From Deltaproteobacteria bacterium TL4 (GTDB lineage: Bacteria; SAR324; NAC60-12): a DNA stretch of 64,000 bases. Within the stretch, counting starts at the first letter, position 1. Each line of letters begins with the position of its first letter. A program made the position numbers and the translations under genes. This document shows positions 10,558 through 21,047 of the stretch, piece after piece. Location: NCBI GenBank assembly GCA_051382335.1, contig JBBCAX010000033.1:1-64000 (forward strand). Reading direction: 5' to 3'. The notes beneath the pieces are model-generated. The model saw only the letters and a program-made list of their open reading frames with translations, had not been told where the DNA came from and ran no database searches.

Positions 10558-11805
10558 ATGAAAAAAATGACACCTCGTAGAAAGAATACTCCCCATAATT
10601 CCATGCAGAGTAATCCCGCTGCTCATCAAAATAGTGCGACAAAAACGAGTTTAGCTGTGCTCACCTCAAATGAATCACCTAAAAGAATCATGCAAATCAA
10701 TGGTAGAGCCGATCTGAGTGGTGGGCCCATTTATATGCTTGAACTCATAAGCCGATTGAATCCCGAACGCTTTGAGCATTTTGTCCTTTGTCCTCCTGAA
10801 AAGAATGGTATTCTTGCGCAGCTACAGAATAAAGAGAATTGTCATGTTACCGCCATGAATATTCGTTCTTTCAGCCTCATTACCTTCTTCAAGATCCTGT
10901 GGATTGCTCGGAAGAGTAAAATTGATTTGATACATTCTCATGGAAAAGCCGCAGGCATTTATGGTCGACTTGTCGGCAAATTCACCAACATTCCAGTAAT
11001 ACATCACCTACACGGAATTCACTATCGCCAGTACCCTGCTTTTTTACAAAAATGCTACTTTTATCTCGAAAAACAATTAAGTCGCTGGACACAGAAAGTT
11101 ATATGTGTCTCTCCAAGTGAACAAGATGAAGGATTATCTGCCAAGATGTTTACCTCATTACAGTCAACCGTCGTTCCCAACGGTGTGAATGTGGACAAGT
11201 TTATTCCGGCCAAACACCTCGCCTCTGCCTTAAAACAAAAGTGGTCTATCCCTGAAAATGCAAGAGTCATCACTTCAATCACACGATACTGTTATCAAAA
11301 AAATATTCCGTTAACTCTTGAAATCCATCAAAAAATTTGCGAGCACTTTCCTGAGACTTACCTTGTTCTTATTGGTGTCTCATCAAAGAATTCGCATGTT
11401 CAACGGCTTTTAAGGGCACTCCCCAAAAAAAATAAAGTTATTTTGATCGAACACGAGACGGAAATGAATCAACTTTTAAATATTTCAGATATATATTTAA
11501 ATACTTCACGATGGGAAGGGTTATCCTTGGGCGTCATTGAAGCAATGGCTTTAGAAATTCCGGTTGTTTTAAGTGATGTTGTTGGAAATCATGATATTGA
11601 GAATGAGGACTTCAAAGTTGCCTTTTTAATCAAAGGGGAAAAAGAAGAAAGCTATGTTGACGCCATAAGACAAATATTCGAAAACCCCGACCTTGCTCAG
11701 CAGACTGGAGCGAATCTTAGACAACAAGTTCTCAGTCAATTTACATTGATAGAAAATGCCAAAGCTATGGAAAAGGAATATCTTTCCTGTATAAACAAGG
11801 AATAG
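10558..11805 (+). CDS. Glycosyltransferase family 4 (GT-B)
   Basis: LSGGP N-terminal loop, HSHG, PNGV, SRWEGLSLGVIEAMA (E-x7-E); ORF opens at TTG 10549, exact start uncertain. Confidence 0.9.
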   Translation: MKKMTPRRKNTPHNSMQSNPAAHQNSATKTSLAVLTSNESPKRIMQINGRADLSGGPIYMLELISRLNPERFEHFVLCPPEKNGILAQLQNKENCHVTAMNIRSFSLITFFKILWIARKSKIDLIHSHGKAAGIYGRLVGKFTNIPVIHHLHGIHYRQYPAFLQKCYFYLEKQLSRWTQKVICVSPSEQDEGLSAKMFTSLQSTVVPNGVNVDKFIPAKHLASALKQKWSIPENARVITSITRYCYQKNIPLTLEIHQKICEHFPETYLVLIGVSSKNSHVQRLLRALPKKNKVILIEHETEMNQLLNISDIYLNTSRWEGLSLGVIEAMALEIPVVLSDVVGNHDIENEDFKVAFLIKGEKEESYVDAIRQIFENPDLAQQTGANLRQQVLSQFTLIENAKAMEKEYLSCINKE

Positions 11806-11808
11806 CCT

Positions 11809-13293
11809 TTGGAAACAAAAAAGGTATTGATTTGGGGTACATTTGCCTTTGTCGTTCAAACGATATGTGGTCTTTTTATTCCTGTTGTGTTTATCCGAAC
11901 ATTGGGTGTAGAAGGTTTTGGACAACTTTCATTTTTTATGTGGTTGCTCCATCCCGGATTTTGGTTCGATTTCACAGGCAATTTGAATGCGGGCTTACTC
12001 TCTAAACTTTCCTCCAATGATCCGTCTCAATCTTCAAATTTACTGCATCGATATTATACGGCAACGTGGTTCTGGTGGTCCTTGGTTTGGTTTGGAATTA
12101 CTTTTGCTGCCTACGCCTTATCTATTTCGTTCTTTGCTTTTACTTCCCTTCTCGCTTTAATCCTGCTCCCCTTGTGTATTACAGGAGGATATATATTAAT
12201 TTTAGATTACTATCGAACTCAGCAATTTATTAAAGTTTATCAATTTCAAATCATAACTATCATTAGCTGGTTAGGAGGAATCTGGATTTTAAGTCACTGG
12301 ATTCCAATGAAAGAGTCCTTGCTGATATTTACTATGATGATTGGTGGTTTTTTTTGGATAATTTCCTATTGTAATCATAGTTTTTCAAAGGCAAGTGACT
12401 TTGACAGGATATACGATTTTAGGTGTTCTCCTTTTCAACTTAAAGTAAAAGAGATTGAAACCTTAGGGTATAGGTATTGGAATCACTTTAGGAGCAGCCT
12501 TCAATATCAAAGTTTATTTTTCCTGCAAGCATCTTTAGGAATTATTACCCTTCAAGTAGATCGGATCATAATAGCTAATCTCTCTTCATGGGAAAATGTT
12601 TCTTATTACATTGTTCCGATCGCAATTTTGTTTAAATTTCCTGCCCTTCTGGCTTTTTTTACCAAACCCTTGTTAACGCAACTTTCCCAAATGCATGTTG
12701 AAAATAATTTCAAGGCCATTCAGCACACTTTTTTTATAGTCCTATGGGGATGTGTTGGGATGGGAATGATTATGATCCTTCCTCTTTCTCTCTATTTTGT
12801 CCCATTGGTCTCATTTTGGCTGAATCTTGAATTTGCCCAACAAGCATTGCCTGTCATACAACCTCTCATCTGGCTGTTACCCTTTGCGATTTGGGTCATG
12901 ATGTGTCAAAGTTTTTATATTGCATTGGGTTATGAGAAAATATTCAACCTTGCGTGCATTGGAATAACCCTATTGCATTGGATAGGAATTATTTTAGGAG
13001 AATACTATTGGGGAAAACAAGGAATAAGCTTTGGGTTCTTTGCCGAGGCTTTTGGGGGGATGCTCATGGCAAGTTACTTAGCATGTCACATTTATCCTTT
13101 TGCGGAAAGGCTTAAATTTGGAATACTCTTCTTGTTCCATTTATTACTTTGGATTGGAATGATTACTGGAATTCAGTTCCTAACACATTCTTCCCCTTCG
13201 ATAGGGTTCATTTTGAGCATTATAGTGGTTCAAAGTCTTGGCGTCCTCGGTTTTGGAACTTGGTTATGGAGAAAAAGTCGCTCAGTTCTCTAA
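11809..13293 (+). CDS. wzx: Wzx-like oligosaccharide flippase (MOP superfamily)
   Basis: About 12-14 hydrophobic segments, RTLGVEGFG N-terminal motif, QVDRIII...VSYY motif. Confidence 0.75.
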   Translation: METKKVLIWGTFAFVVQTICGLFIPVVFIRTLGVEGFGQLSFFMWLLHPGFWFDFTGNLNAGLLSKLSSNDPSQSSNLLHRYYTATWFWWSLVWFGITFAAYALSISFFAFTSLLALILLPLCITGGYILILDYYRTQQFIKVYQFQIITIISWLGGIWILSHWIPMKESLLIFTMMIGGFFWIISYCNHSFSKASDFDRIYDFRCSPFQLKVKEIETLGYRYWNHFRSSLQYQSLFFLQASLGIITLQVDRIIIANLSSWENVSYYIVPIAILFKFPALLAFFTKPLLTQLSQMHVENNFKAIQHTFFIVLWGCVGMGMIMILPLSLYFVPLVSFWLNLEFAQQALPVIQPLIWLLPFAIWVMMCQSFYIALGYEKIFNLACIGITLLHWIGIILGEYYWGKQGISFGFFAEAFGGMLMASYLACHIYPFAERLKFGILFLFHLLLWIGMITGIQFLTHSSPSIGFILSIIVVQSLGVLGFGTWLWRKSRSVL

Positions 13294-13322
13294 CTAAGAA
13301 AATATTTACCACAATAACATGC

Positions 13323-14816
13323 TCATTGAGTAAACGCAATTCCTAGGGAAAACGCCGAAGAAGTGACAAACTTCCCAGCAATTAGACCAAAATTTTGGTA
13401 ATGCTGTTGCTGAAACCAATAATTAATCCTCAGTTTGGGAAATAGATACCAAAAGCCTTGAATTCCCATTTCCAGTTTTTGTTCCTGTCGCTTGCCAGGG
13501 TAGGTTCGTATTCCATGAAGTTCATGATCACGATAGAGCATCATCGCATATTGTGGTGTATGTATTCCTATCCCAGTAAAAAAATCTCTTGAATCTCCAC
13601 CCATATGATGTCCAAAATTGATTCCATTATATGTCCAGCCACTTTGATACTCGGAATGTGTGTACCACTGAACAATACTTCTTTCTAAAAACCGTAAGGC
13701 CTGAGTATTATCCGCACTTTCAATGAGAACAAAGGTATCAGGAATAAAATCAATAAATTTTAAACCCAGAATGTTTGCTTGAGAATGATCCCAATTACGA
13801 ATCAGGTTTTTTAAATTATGCTCATGATCTTCTCGCCCAAACTCACCATAGAAAAGTGTTTTCAGTTCAGGGATCTTTATTCTAAAGTCTAATACCAATT
13901 GCTGATTACGAAGATCTGAAATGGTTTCAACACCAGCAATGGGTTTAAAAAATTCGGTATACAGATCCCACACGATATTGGAAAAACTGTTGTTTTGGCC
14001 ATCTCCTCCCGCAAACCAGGAACGGCTCAAGCCCATTTCAATACGTTGATCCGTGTTCCAGTCAATTCGGAGTCCACTAAATTTTGGTCTGGAAATAAAA
14101 CGATTTTCTTCCATTTCACCAACATACGTCAAAAATGAAAAGGCACCAAGTTTAGTGTGCCAAGGGCTTAGGGTTCCTAGTCGAATCATAGGGAAAGGTT
14201 CTGCTGTATTACTCAGATGCAAGGTATCGTGTTTTCCTGCGCCAAAACGAAGGTTGTCTTTCCCTAAAAAAACATACCAGTTTGAAAACCAGGATAATAT
14301 ATAAGCGGAATGAATTGTAGTGAGCGAGTAGGACTCGGATTGTTTGGGATATCTAAAACTGCCACCGGTAGTGGGTTGTGACCGACCTTCTTCATAACGT
14401 TCCAAGGAAAGGTTTTCATGATACGTCACCAAAGGATCAAGAACAAAGGAGAACGACTTATTGATATTGGAAAGGCTGGCGGAGACTAAGTAATTATTTC
14501 CTTTTGTGATCCAAAGACCTTCTCTATTTTGAACCACAGGGATTAAAGTACTTTGACTGTACTCCATTTCAGTGGGGCCCATCTCAAGTATTGACTCCTT
14601 CCAATCTTGTTTTTTTAGAATAAGGGGACGTGTATTGAGTTGAATGGAACTTGAGGTTCGTAACTCTGAGTTTTCCAGCGAATCATAATCCCAGTAATCC
14701 AGACTTGAAAACACATATTGAGCATGACACGGCTGCGTAATAAGAAAAAAAGAAAAACACAGTCCACTGAAACAACAAAGGAGCCAATTATTGATAAATG
14801 TTCTGAAGTCAGGCAT
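13323..14816 (-). CDS. wzi: Capsule assembly Wzi family outer-membrane protein, paralog 1
   Basis: GKDNLRFGAGKHDTLHLSNTAEPFPMIR motif, YTHxxYxSGWTYNGxxxGHxMGGD, signal peptide, beta-strand C-terminus. Confidence 0.8.
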   Translation of the reverse strand: MPDFRTFINNWLLCCFSGLCFSFFLITQPCHAQYVFSSLDYWDYDSLENSELRTSSSIQLNTRPLILKKQDWKESILEMGPTEMEYSQSTLIPVVQNREGLWITKGNNYLVSASLSNINKSFSFVLDPLVTYHENLSLERYEEGRSQPTTGGSFRYPKQSESYSLTTIHSAYILSWFSNWYVFLGKDNLRFGAGKHDTLHLSNTAEPFPMIRLGTLSPWHTKLGAFSFLTYVGEMEENRFISRPKFSGLRIDWNTDQRIEMGLSRSWFAGGDGQNNSFSNIVWDLYTEFFKPIAGVETISDLRNQQLVLDFRIKIPELKTLFYGEFGREDHEHNLKNLIRNWDHSQANILGLKFIDFIPDTFVLIESADNTQALRFLERSIVQWYTHSEYQSGWTYNGINFGHHMGGDSRDFFTGIGIHTPQYAMMLYRDHELHGIRTYPGKRQEQKLEMGIQGFWYLFPKLRINYWFQQQHYQNFGLIAGKFVTSSAFSLGIAFTQ

Positions 14817-15510
14817 CGAAAAAATACAAGTAGATTATTTGCAAATGTGTGGAACCCACTTGGATCGTGCGTCCTTTGGGCGAAGTCATCGTACTTTCTC
14901 CTACAAATGCTAATAATTGCGCAATAATTTCATGCTTGGGAGCTAAAACATAACTAACTCCTAATCCAACCATAGCTCCTAAAGTATAATCAACCTGAAA
15001 ATTTTTTTTAATCTGTTGACGTTCTTTTCCTCCACTTTCAGTTATTAAAAACGTTTCTTCATTTTTTGTCAAAACGGATTCCATCAAAACAGGCCCTCCC
15101 TGAATTTGAGCAGACACATTCTCAACAAGAGGGACCGCATAGAGGTAGGAGGCGTAAAAACTTAACACAGACAGGTCATAATCAGTAACAACTTTTATTG
15201 CCTCAGAAATGTAGGAAACTTCGGTGTGTTGATAAGAAGCAAGCATTTCCTGAAATCCGCTGCGAATGCTAACATTAGGGGAAAGTCGAAATTCAATGGA
15301 AGGAAATTCCAACGAAGAGAAGGGTAAGAATTCAACTCTTGAAAGAGAAATCTGGTCTTTGACCAACGCAAACTCCTGATCATGTGCAACACCTTCAACG
15401 CCCAACCCGAATCCAAAACCCATTTCATTTGCGGCATATCCATAATGAGCAGATGTGATGATCCATAGGAAACAGACCATACACTTATGCTGTCGTTTAA
15501 ACCACATCAT
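14809..15510 (-). CDS. Putative small outer-membrane beta-barrel protein
   Basis: Signal peptide (..HYGYA), alternating beta-strand pattern, aromatic C-terminus (YLYFFDA); lies between wzz and wzi. Confidence 0.6.
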   Translation of the reverse strand: MMWFKRQHKCMVCFLWIITSAHYGYAANEMGFGFGLGVEGVAHDQEFALVKDQISLSRVEFLPFSSLEFPSIEFRLSPNVSIRSGFQEMLASYQHTEVSYISEAIKVVTDYDLSVLSFYASYLYAVPLVENVSAQIQGGPVLMESVLTKNEETFLITESGGKERQQIKKNFQVDYTLGAMVGLGVSYVLAPKHEIIAQLLAFVGESTMTSPKGRTIQVGSTHLQIIYLYFFDA

Positions 15511-15522
15511 TTCAATCTTATC

Positions 15523-16872
15523 TTATTGAGATTCTTTGCGAAATTGATTTTCATAGATTAATTTTTTTAACAATTCGATGAAAAAAACAGCAAAAATAGC
15601 CAACATAACCGAAGAGACAAAACCCAGAACCACAATCATTTTTTTATCCGGTTTTGCTGGAAATTCTGTCGGAATGGCACGGTCAACGATTTGAATAGAA
15701 TCCAACTCTCGTGATTCTTTGATCTTAGTTGTTTCCAACTCTGTGCGTAACAGTTTATAAATTTCTTGCTGAATGTTCATCTCACGTTTCAATCGCGCAA
15801 ACTCCAACCCCAATGAGGGTAACTGATTTAACGACAGATTATAATCCTTTTGTGTAGAATCCGAAGTTTGTACTGTTCCATTCTCCAGTTTCAATAACTG
15901 CTCCCTTAAAGCGAGCAGCCTTGCTTTCTCAAATGCAACCTGTGGACTACTTTCTCCATGGAATTCCCTGAGAACCATGAGCTGAACTTCCTGCAGGGCA
16001 ATCTCTCCCCTCATTTTACCAATAGAACTCGCCAGCATTGAAGCTTGGTCAGCTACCTCAAAAATTCCATGCTTTTGGCTAAAGGCTTTGATTGCTTCTT
16101 CTGATTGATTTAAAGTTTGTTCTGTTTTTTGCATTTGATTTTCAATAAATATCCGACTTTTTTTAGCAGTCGTTAGCGTATTTTGGAATAAAAATTTTTC
16201 TAAATTGGTTAGATATTGATTTGCAATCTTTGCCGCTAATTGAGGCTCGTCCCATGTAACTTTAATTGAAAACAGCTCACTTCCAGGCTCTTTTGAAACG
16301 TTAATAACACTATTTTGAATCATCATGGTTGCCCGTGATAAGGTATATTGTTGTTTCAGTTCTGCAGATATGGGTTCATTTGGTGACTGTGAACTACTTT
16401 TGAAAAAAGTAACAATTGATTGGATGATCTTCGCTCTCAAACTTTGCTCTTCTTCAATCAGTGCTCCTGTTCTGGGATTGTAAGAATCTTTAAACAAGAC
16501 AGGCAATAAATCCAGATCACGCACGATGTCTTCATTAAAAGAACGACTTTTTAATAAAACCTCAAAATCAATTCCCTTAGAACCTGAAGATCCCAAAGAG
16601 ATTCCTGCTAATGCAGCAATATTACTGAGGTTTCCAATATTAGGAAGAGAACTTGAGGTGAGAGGTAGGAAGGTCGCTTCAACCTCATAGACTTTTTTCA
16701 TATTAACCGTAATCACCACTGTCAGAAAACTTCCCAGGAGGGTAACAGCAAGGATAAGTTTTCTATAAGACAATAAGGTATTCCAAAGATCAAGAACGTC
16801 AAAATTTTTCTCATAACTCGGGTCAGCGGGATTATGAGCTTGAACGGATATTGATGAATCACTCATAATCAA
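15523..16872 (-). CDS. wzz: Polysaccharide co-polymerase (Wzz/GumC family), no tyrosine-kinase domain
   Basis: Two TM helices flanking a coiled-coil periplasmic region; LKSR motif; VDRAIPTEFPAKP proline motif before TM2. Confidence 0.85.
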   Translation of the reverse strand: MIMSDSSISVQAHNPADPSYEKNFDVLDLWNTLLSYRKLILAVTLLGSFLTVVITVNMKKVYEVEATFLPLTSSSLPNIGNLSNIAALAGISLGSSGSKGIDFEVLLKSRSFNEDIVRDLDLLPVLFKDSYNPRTGALIEEEQSLRAKIIQSIVTFFKSSSQSPNEPISAELKQQYTLSRATMMIQNSVINVSKEPGSELFSIKVTWDEPQLAAKIANQYLTNLEKFLFQNTLTTAKKSRIFIENQMQKTEQTLNQSEEAIKAFSQKHGIFEVADQASMLASSIGKMRGEIALQEVQLMVLREFHGESSPQVAFEKARLLALREQLLKLENGTVQTSDSTQKDYNLSLNQLPSLGLEFARLKREMNIQQEIYKLLRTELETTKIKESRELDSIQIVDRAIPTEFPAKPDKKMIVVLGFVSSVMLAIFAVFFIELLKKLIYENQFRKESQ

Positions 16873-18371
16873 AACTGGTAGGAGGTTTTCACTGAAAATG
16901 CTGAGGAACTCAATTCTTTCCCCATAATCGCTCCAAAATTCTGAAAATTTTGATGCTGCACTTGTACCTGTGTATAAGTATGAAGAGAAGTTTTAAACGT
17001 TCCTTGAATTCCAAATTCTAATATTTCTTCTTGAACATCAGGAGATGTATTCCGTAGATTATGTCGTTCATGGTCCCCATAAATCATCCAGGATCGCTTG
17101 GGATGCTCAAAACCCATTGCAACGAACAAATCTTTAGAATTCGCCCCCATGTGATGCCCTAAACCAATTCCTTCATAAGTCCACCCACTTTTGTACTCAT
17201 AGTGGGTATACCAATCACCTCCCGGGCGATCAATAAAACGAGAGGGTTGAGTGTTATCAGCGCTCTCAATAATCCAAAAGAAATCATCAATGAGATCCAG
17301 TTGTTTTACTCCAATAATATGTCCTTGAGAGTGATCCCACTTACTTCTCAGGTCTTTAAGATTATGCTCGTGGTCTTCCCTTCCAAACTCTCCATATAAA
17401 ACTAATTTGATTTCTGGAATTTTAACACGTAAATCGATAACAAGTTGCTGATTTCTATTATCCGTGTCACGCTCAGCTCCCGATCGATTTTTAAAAAGCT
17501 CAACATATAAATCTCCCACCATGTGAGAAAAATTTTCGTTTTTTCCATCTCCTCCAACAAACCAGGACCGACTTGCTCCAAACTCAATTCGATTACTACT
17601 CCAATCAAAGCGCCAACCGCTAAATTTAGCATTAGGAATATAACGATCCTCTTCCATTTGCCCTAAATAACTCAGAAAAGAAAAAGCGCCCAAGCGAGTG
17701 TCCCAAGGTTCCAGGGTTCCAATACGAATCATTGGAAAGGGTTTGGCAGAATTACTTAAATGCAAAGTGTCGTGCTTCCCTGTTCCAAAACGGAGATTAT
17801 CTTTACCTAAGAAAAGATACCAATTGGACAGATTAAAAATCAAATAGCCTGTGTGAACTTCTACTTCTGTAAACGTTTCCTCTTTTTTGGGATACCGAAT
17901 ATTCCCTGGTGTTCCCGTTTTTACACGTCCTTCAGGATAATCCTCCAAAGACTGGTTTTCATGAAAAGATAACTTTGGCTCTAACCAAATGCTTGCATGA
18001 GGCATAAGGCCGGTAAAGCCGGTTGTTACCAGCAAATTACTTCCTTGAGAAATCCAATTCCCCTCGCGATTTTGAATCACTGGCATGAGGGAGCTGTAGC
18101 TATACTCGAACTCATATGAATCCCATTGAAATTCCATTGATGAAGCGTTCGCTTGATCCTTCCATGGATTTAAAACGATTGGGCGAGTGCTTAACTGTCT
18201 TGATTTTCCCCCACGAAGCTCCTGGTTTTCCAAATGTTCAAAATACCAAAAATCGAGAGAAGATAACAAAACTTCCGCTTTTAATGCCCGTCCTCCCAAA
18301 ACAAAAGAGAAGCACAGGATCATTAGAGTCGTTGCACTAAACACAGGATTCGATGAATGTTTTAACAGCAT
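16869..18371 (-). CDS. wzi: Capsule assembly Wzi family outer-membrane protein, paralog 2
   Basis: Shares GKDNLRFGxGKHDTLHLSN..PFPMIR and YGEFGREDHEHNLK with 13323-14816; ends in SYQF. Confidence 0.8.
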   Translation of the reverse strand: MLLKHSSNPVFSATTLMILCFSFVLGGRALKAEVLLSSLDFWYFEHLENQELRGGKSRQLSTRPIVLNPWKDQANASSMEFQWDSYEFEYSYSSLMPVIQNREGNWISQGSNLLVTTGFTGLMPHASIWLEPKLSFHENQSLEDYPEGRVKTGTPGNIRYPKKEETFTEVEVHTGYLIFNLSNWYLFLGKDNLRFGTGKHDTLHLSNSAKPFPMIRIGTLEPWDTRLGAFSFLSYLGQMEEDRYIPNAKFSGWRFDWSSNRIEFGASRSWFVGGDGKNENFSHMVGDLYVELFKNRSGAERDTDNRNQQLVIDLRVKIPEIKLVLYGEFGREDHEHNLKDLRSKWDHSQGHIIGVKQLDLIDDFFWIIESADNTQPSRFIDRPGGDWYTHYEYKSGWTYEGIGLGHHMGANSKDLFVAMGFEHPKRSWMIYGDHERHNLRNTSPDVQEEILEFGIQGTFKTSLHTYTQVQVQHQNFQNFGAIMGKELSSSAFSVKTSYQF

Positions 18372-18390
18372 AGAATGTCGAGTGAGGTAA

Positions 18391-18411
18391 AGGAGCGAAA
18401 GATTCGCTCCT
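18391..18411 (-). terminator. Intergenic hairpin (terminator or mRNA-stabilising stem)
   Basis: aggagcgaa-aga-ttcgctcct, a perfect 9-bp stem right after the stop of 18416-20839; the U-tract is short. Confidence 0.5.
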
Positions 18412-18415
18412 CATT

Positions 18416-20839
18416 TCATTGATTTGCTACGTTGAGGTACTTCTTCGATGAAGGCGAATTATTCAACTGTTGAGAAACTTGCTTCATTTCCTCCGCACTT
18501 TCTCTCAGCAAGACAGGTTGATCTTGAGTGATTTCATGATAAAGTGTCAACAGACGCTGAAAACGTTGAATCTGTTCCGAAAATGACTGATCTACAATTG
18601 TAGGCGCAAGACGACTCAGCTCTTCAGTGAGAGGAGCGCATCCCATCCAACCATAGAGAAAATTGTTATTCTGCAATTTGGAAGGCGGGATATGAGTAAA
18701 GTGAAACAATGCCTGCTGAAAACATAGCTTTGCTTGTCCCGGAGAATTCAAGTGAATGTATGCTAACGCCAGCAAAAGATAAGATTGATTCTGTGACATA
18801 TGATCCGGAGTTGGCTCACTTTTTACAAACTTCTCCAGTTGTCCAATCACAATTGAATGTTTGCCATTGAAGTAATGCATTGCTGCCAGTGTCGTCATAA
18901 CTTGTTGTTCCATTGTAAAATCGCCCTGCAATGCATGGTGACTCAACAAGTTTTCTAATAGCCTGATTGCACCCTCAAAATCTTCACCAATTTTATACTT
19001 CATCACTGCTACTGAAAGTGTCGCCCTGACAAAAACATAGTTGTGCTCCTCGGCATTTTTAACACCCTTAATCGCAGTTAAAGCTCTCATATAGTATTTT
19101 AATGCATCTCGATGTTTCCCATAATTATCGCTCAAGGCTCCCTTTACATACCAGCGATATGCCAAGGGAATTTCATCAAAATTATGATCATGAAACAAAG
19201 CAATGGCCCTTTCTACCTGACCATCAGCAACTAATTGTTTTAATTGATCTTTTAGAGACTCTTTGCTGATATCCTCATCTTCGGAAGCTCTTAGGCTTTC
19301 CTCATGTTGTTCCTGAATTTCGTTAAGGAGTTCATAAGCCCAAGTACTATGACGATCCAAATGATAGGCACCCGCTTCACTCAAAAACTTTGCATTGTTA
19401 TATTTGGCGTCATGGTAATCTACTATTCGGCCTTCTTGAATAGCGTCAATAACTTGCTGTATCCCCTGTTTCACGGACCAAAGGGGTTGGAAATTCAAGA
19501 CTCTCCTGATTTTACTAAAACTAACCTGATAATTCCTCCGATCGGTATCCTCTAATTTACTGATCATTTCTGCACTGGGAACGTGTTTATGGATGATGTC
19601 TCCAATTTGCTGGATGGTATAGTTTTGCTCATCGGAACCGACATTAAACACTTGACGATCAACAGACTCTAGCGGTACCTCAAGTGCTCTATGTACGGCT
19701 GATGCGGCATCATTAACATGCACAAACGGACGCCACTGATTTCCACCAAAAACCGTAATTTGCCCATCCATAACAGCTTTTGCTGTTAATAGATTGACCA
19801 CCAAATCAAACCGTGTTCGTCCGGAAAGCCCATAGATCGTTCCAAATCGTAGCAACACAGGACTGAAATGTTCATCAGCCATTTGTTGCAAAACTCTTTC
19901 GGACGCAATTTTACTACGAGCATAGAGGGAAACAGGATTGAGAGCAGATTGCTCATCCAAACATTCTTCACTGGCACCATAAACAGAGCATGTGCTGGCA
20001 AAAATAAATCGATTCACCCGGTTGGCTTTTGCGACTTCAGCAATTAAGCGGGTTGCCATCAAGTTAATTTCAATCGTCAACTCCTCGTCCAAAGCACAGG
20101 CAGGATCCCCTACAATTGCTCCAAGATGAATCACTGCATCCATCCCTTCCATGGCCTCGACAACTTGATGAACTTGACGAAAATCAGCCTGAATGATTTC
20201 AAACTTCGGATGTTCAACAATATTTTGAATAGGCTCTATCCCATAAAGGAGTAGATCCAGAAGTCTAACTTTATAACCTTTATTCAATAATTGTGGAAGC
20301 AGAGCGGAACCAATATAACCAGCACCCCCAATGACCAAAACATTTTTGATACTTTTTGAACGTCGTTTAATCGATAAATGTCGTTCTGCATAAACAACGG
20401 ATCGCCACAACTTGGACCATAAGCGGGATCCTATCAGCGCAAGGGCTGTCATTCCCCATGCCAATAGCAGAAAGCTTCGAGGCAAAGTAACGGTTCTTGT
20501 AAAGATAAATGCCAGAAAACCAAAGAGGATATAGCTTAAACTAACGGCCTGTAAAATCAACAAGGCTTTATAGCGCCCTTGGTATGCGCGGCCACGAGAA
20601 TAAAATCCACTGAAGAAAAAAACGACCAAACTAATGACAGTAATCCCTACGCCATGAAGCGTGTAATTTTGCAAATGATGGTAGAAGACTTCCGGTAAAG
20701 ACAGAATATTGTCATAATATGTAACTAGCCATAAGTAATGTACCATTACAGCTAATAACATTGAAAAGTTGATAATTATCGCGTCCGCAATAATCCTTGC
20801 AATCTTTTCAAGGGTTAAAACGTTTTTTAAATGAAGCAT
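18416..20839 (-). CDS. Membrane-anchored NAD-dependent nucleotide-sugar epimerase/dehydratase with C-terminal TPR-like domain
   Basis: Four N-terminal TM helices, GGAGYIG, STCSVYG, YARSK (YxxxK), then about 300 aa of helical TPR-like sequence. Confidence 0.85.
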   Translation of the reverse strand: MLHLKNVLTLEKIARIIADAIIINFSMLLAVMVHYLWLVTYYDNILSLPEVFYHHLQNYTLHGVGITVISLVVFFFSGFYSRGRAYQGRYKALLILQAVSLSYILFGFLAFIFTRTVTLPRSFLLLAWGMTALALIGSRLWSKLWRSVVYAERHLSIKRRSKSIKNVLVIGGAGYIGSALLPQLLNKGYKVRLLDLLLYGIEPIQNIVEHPKFEIIQADFRQVHQVVEAMEGMDAVIHLGAIVGDPACALDEELTIEINLMATRLIAEVAKANRVNRFIFASTCSVYGASEECLDEQSALNPVSLYARSKIASERVLQQMADEHFSPVLLRFGTIYGLSGRTRFDLVVNLLTAKAVMDGQITVFGGNQWRPFVHVNDAASAVHRALEVPLESVDRQVFNVGSDEQNYTIQQIGDIIHKHVPSAEMISKLEDTDRRNYQVSFSKIRRVLNFQPLWSVKQGIQQVIDAIQEGRIVDYHDAKYNNAKFLSEAGAYHLDRHSTWAYELLNEIQEQHEESLRASEDEDISKESLKDQLKQLVADGQVERAIALFHDHNFDEIPLAYRWYVKGALSDNYGKHRDALKYYMRALTAIKGVKNAEEHNYVFVRATLSVAVMKYKIGEDFEGAIRLLENLLSHHALQGDFTMEQQVMTTLAAMHYFNGKHSIVIGQLEKFVKSEPTPDHMSQNQSYLLLALAYIHLNSPGQAKLCFQQALFHFTHIPPSKLQNNNFLYGWMGCAPLTEELSRLAPTIVDQSFSEQIQRFQRLLTLYHEITQDQPVLLRESAEEMKQVSQQLNNSPSSKKYLNVANQ

Positions 20840-21047
20840 ATAAATATCCCTTGACTGTACAATAGATAATAATCACACCCTGAATCGGCAACTCTAAAAC
20901 GCAGCATTCTACAAGGAGGATCAATGAAGAGCAAGCTCAATACACCAATTTCTTGCAAGATTATTTTACCTGTAGCAAATCAAAGCATTATATATACCAA
21001 AAGTTAAATAAAAGACTAGCTCTTTAAATATTTGGGTGGAGCTATGT

